A DNA stretch of 63,757 nt, the filler included, from Octopus bimaculoides (taxonomy: Eukaryota): NCBI RefSeq assembly GCF_001194135.2. It is 3 parts of 3 records of this genome, joined end to end, with 100 filler letters (N's around TTAATTAATTAA, not from the genome) between each part and the next. Parts side by side here need not be neighbours in the genome. Positions count along the whole stretch, not along the records: positions 40,049 to 63,757 come from NC_068987.1; 2 more parts are not named here. One strand, written 5' to 3'. The notes below the pieces were generated by a model that did no database searches, had not been told where the DNA came from, and saw only the letters and a list, made by a program, of their open reading frames with translations. The stretch's first letter is position 1; each line of letters starts with the position of its first letter. Below are positions 62,860 to 63,757 of the stretch, piece after piece. The position numbers and the translations under genes are program-made.

Positions 62860-63691
62860 ATCCAATATCTGAAGAGTAAAACTTCCTGCAATGATGTAAA
62901 AAGCAAGAGCTTAAGACATTATTTGTCGTCCCCATTCTTCCTCTCAGCACAGTATACTAATAAAACATTTACGCCATTGTTGCTCTCGAGAAACGAATGA
63001 ATGCCACACCATCTTATTACCCTTTCACAATAAGAAATGTGTTGCATTATAATCCAAAAATGGAACGAGATTTCTGCTTTTCACAGAGAAATGTTTCACA
63101 AGTAAACCATATTATTTCTTCTCTTTAGAATTGTCAAGATTGTCAAAATGAGAAGCAGATCAGTGCTGTGGAATATAATATCGTTTTTGAATTCATTATT
63201 AAGCGATTAATTAGCCGTATGTTTATGTGACTCGAAAAATATCGCATTCAGTTTAAAGGCGTTAGGTTAGCACCCGCCTTCAGGCCTGTAAGGCTTTCGG
63301 GTAAGCGTCACATGAAGTGTATTAAATGCAGAGGCTGTGCAAATTGTCGACTATAATTTGTACAAAACTATAGTCAATTAGACCTACTTAAGAACCGTAT
63401 GACGATTCAATAACATGCTATACTAAATGAGCGTCTTGAAGAATAAAAAGGACAAAAAAAAAAGAAAGGGGGAAAAAATAAGGCAAATAATTCGCTATAG
63501 ACCAATGCAGAGAAGGTAATAGCGGTAATTTACAATTACTCGCGCGGCGTTATTATGAGAAATCAGTTGCGTCTTGGAGCATATCCTCAAGAGACACCTG
63601 CCGGTCATCTTCACAGGATCTCAGTGCTGGAGACGACCACTTCTGCGCTTATTTTACTGTGCAAGAATAGAGGAGAACTGGCCACAGAAAA
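62860..63691 (+). pseudogene. Second, more degenerate Mab-21/cGAS-like locus
   Basis: Collinear segments: YLK..KSLRHYLSSPFFLSAQYTNKTFTPLL (62860-63000), IVKM..V (63130), VRLAPAF (63252-63300), TNAEKVI..RNQL / VLEHILKRHL..TGSQ..EENW (63501-63691). Frame changes are required. Confidence 0.5.
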
Positions 63692-63757
63692 GTAACTAAC
63701 TTTAAGAAATATGCATTAATGTGTGTGTGTGTGTGCTTATGTGTATATATATATATA

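Overview
Repeat-saturated, gappy eukaryotic genomic DNA. SINE types and microsatellite density suggest an octopus genome (inference). Much of the window is N gaps, and almost all ORF-track entries are (TA)n/(CA)n/(GA)n or N artefacts. The window holds several tRNA-derived SINE families, RTE and CR1 LINE fragments, Tc1/mariner, hAT, TTAA-type and Helitron remnants. Less ordinary signals: (1) a diverged tandem array of ~312-334 bp units carrying type I hammerhead ribozyme motifs, i.e. a retrozyme-like element, split by a hAT MITE (10934-11985); (2) two minimal hammerheads in Penelope-like fragments (9944-9989 minus, 14058-14093 plus) and a possible HDV-like ribozyme relic at an RTE 5' end (35443-35574); (3) two plus-strand clusters of exon-like segments that align by eye, in the right order, to the Mab-21/cGAS-like fold (53253-55526 and 62860-63691), both with unresolved frame or splice problems; (4) a TAG|GTAAGT recursive-splice-type junction in the first cluster; (5) several foldbacks. 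All protein and RNA family calls are by-eye alignments against remembered sequences and need HMM/CM confirmation. Repeat boundaries are approximate.
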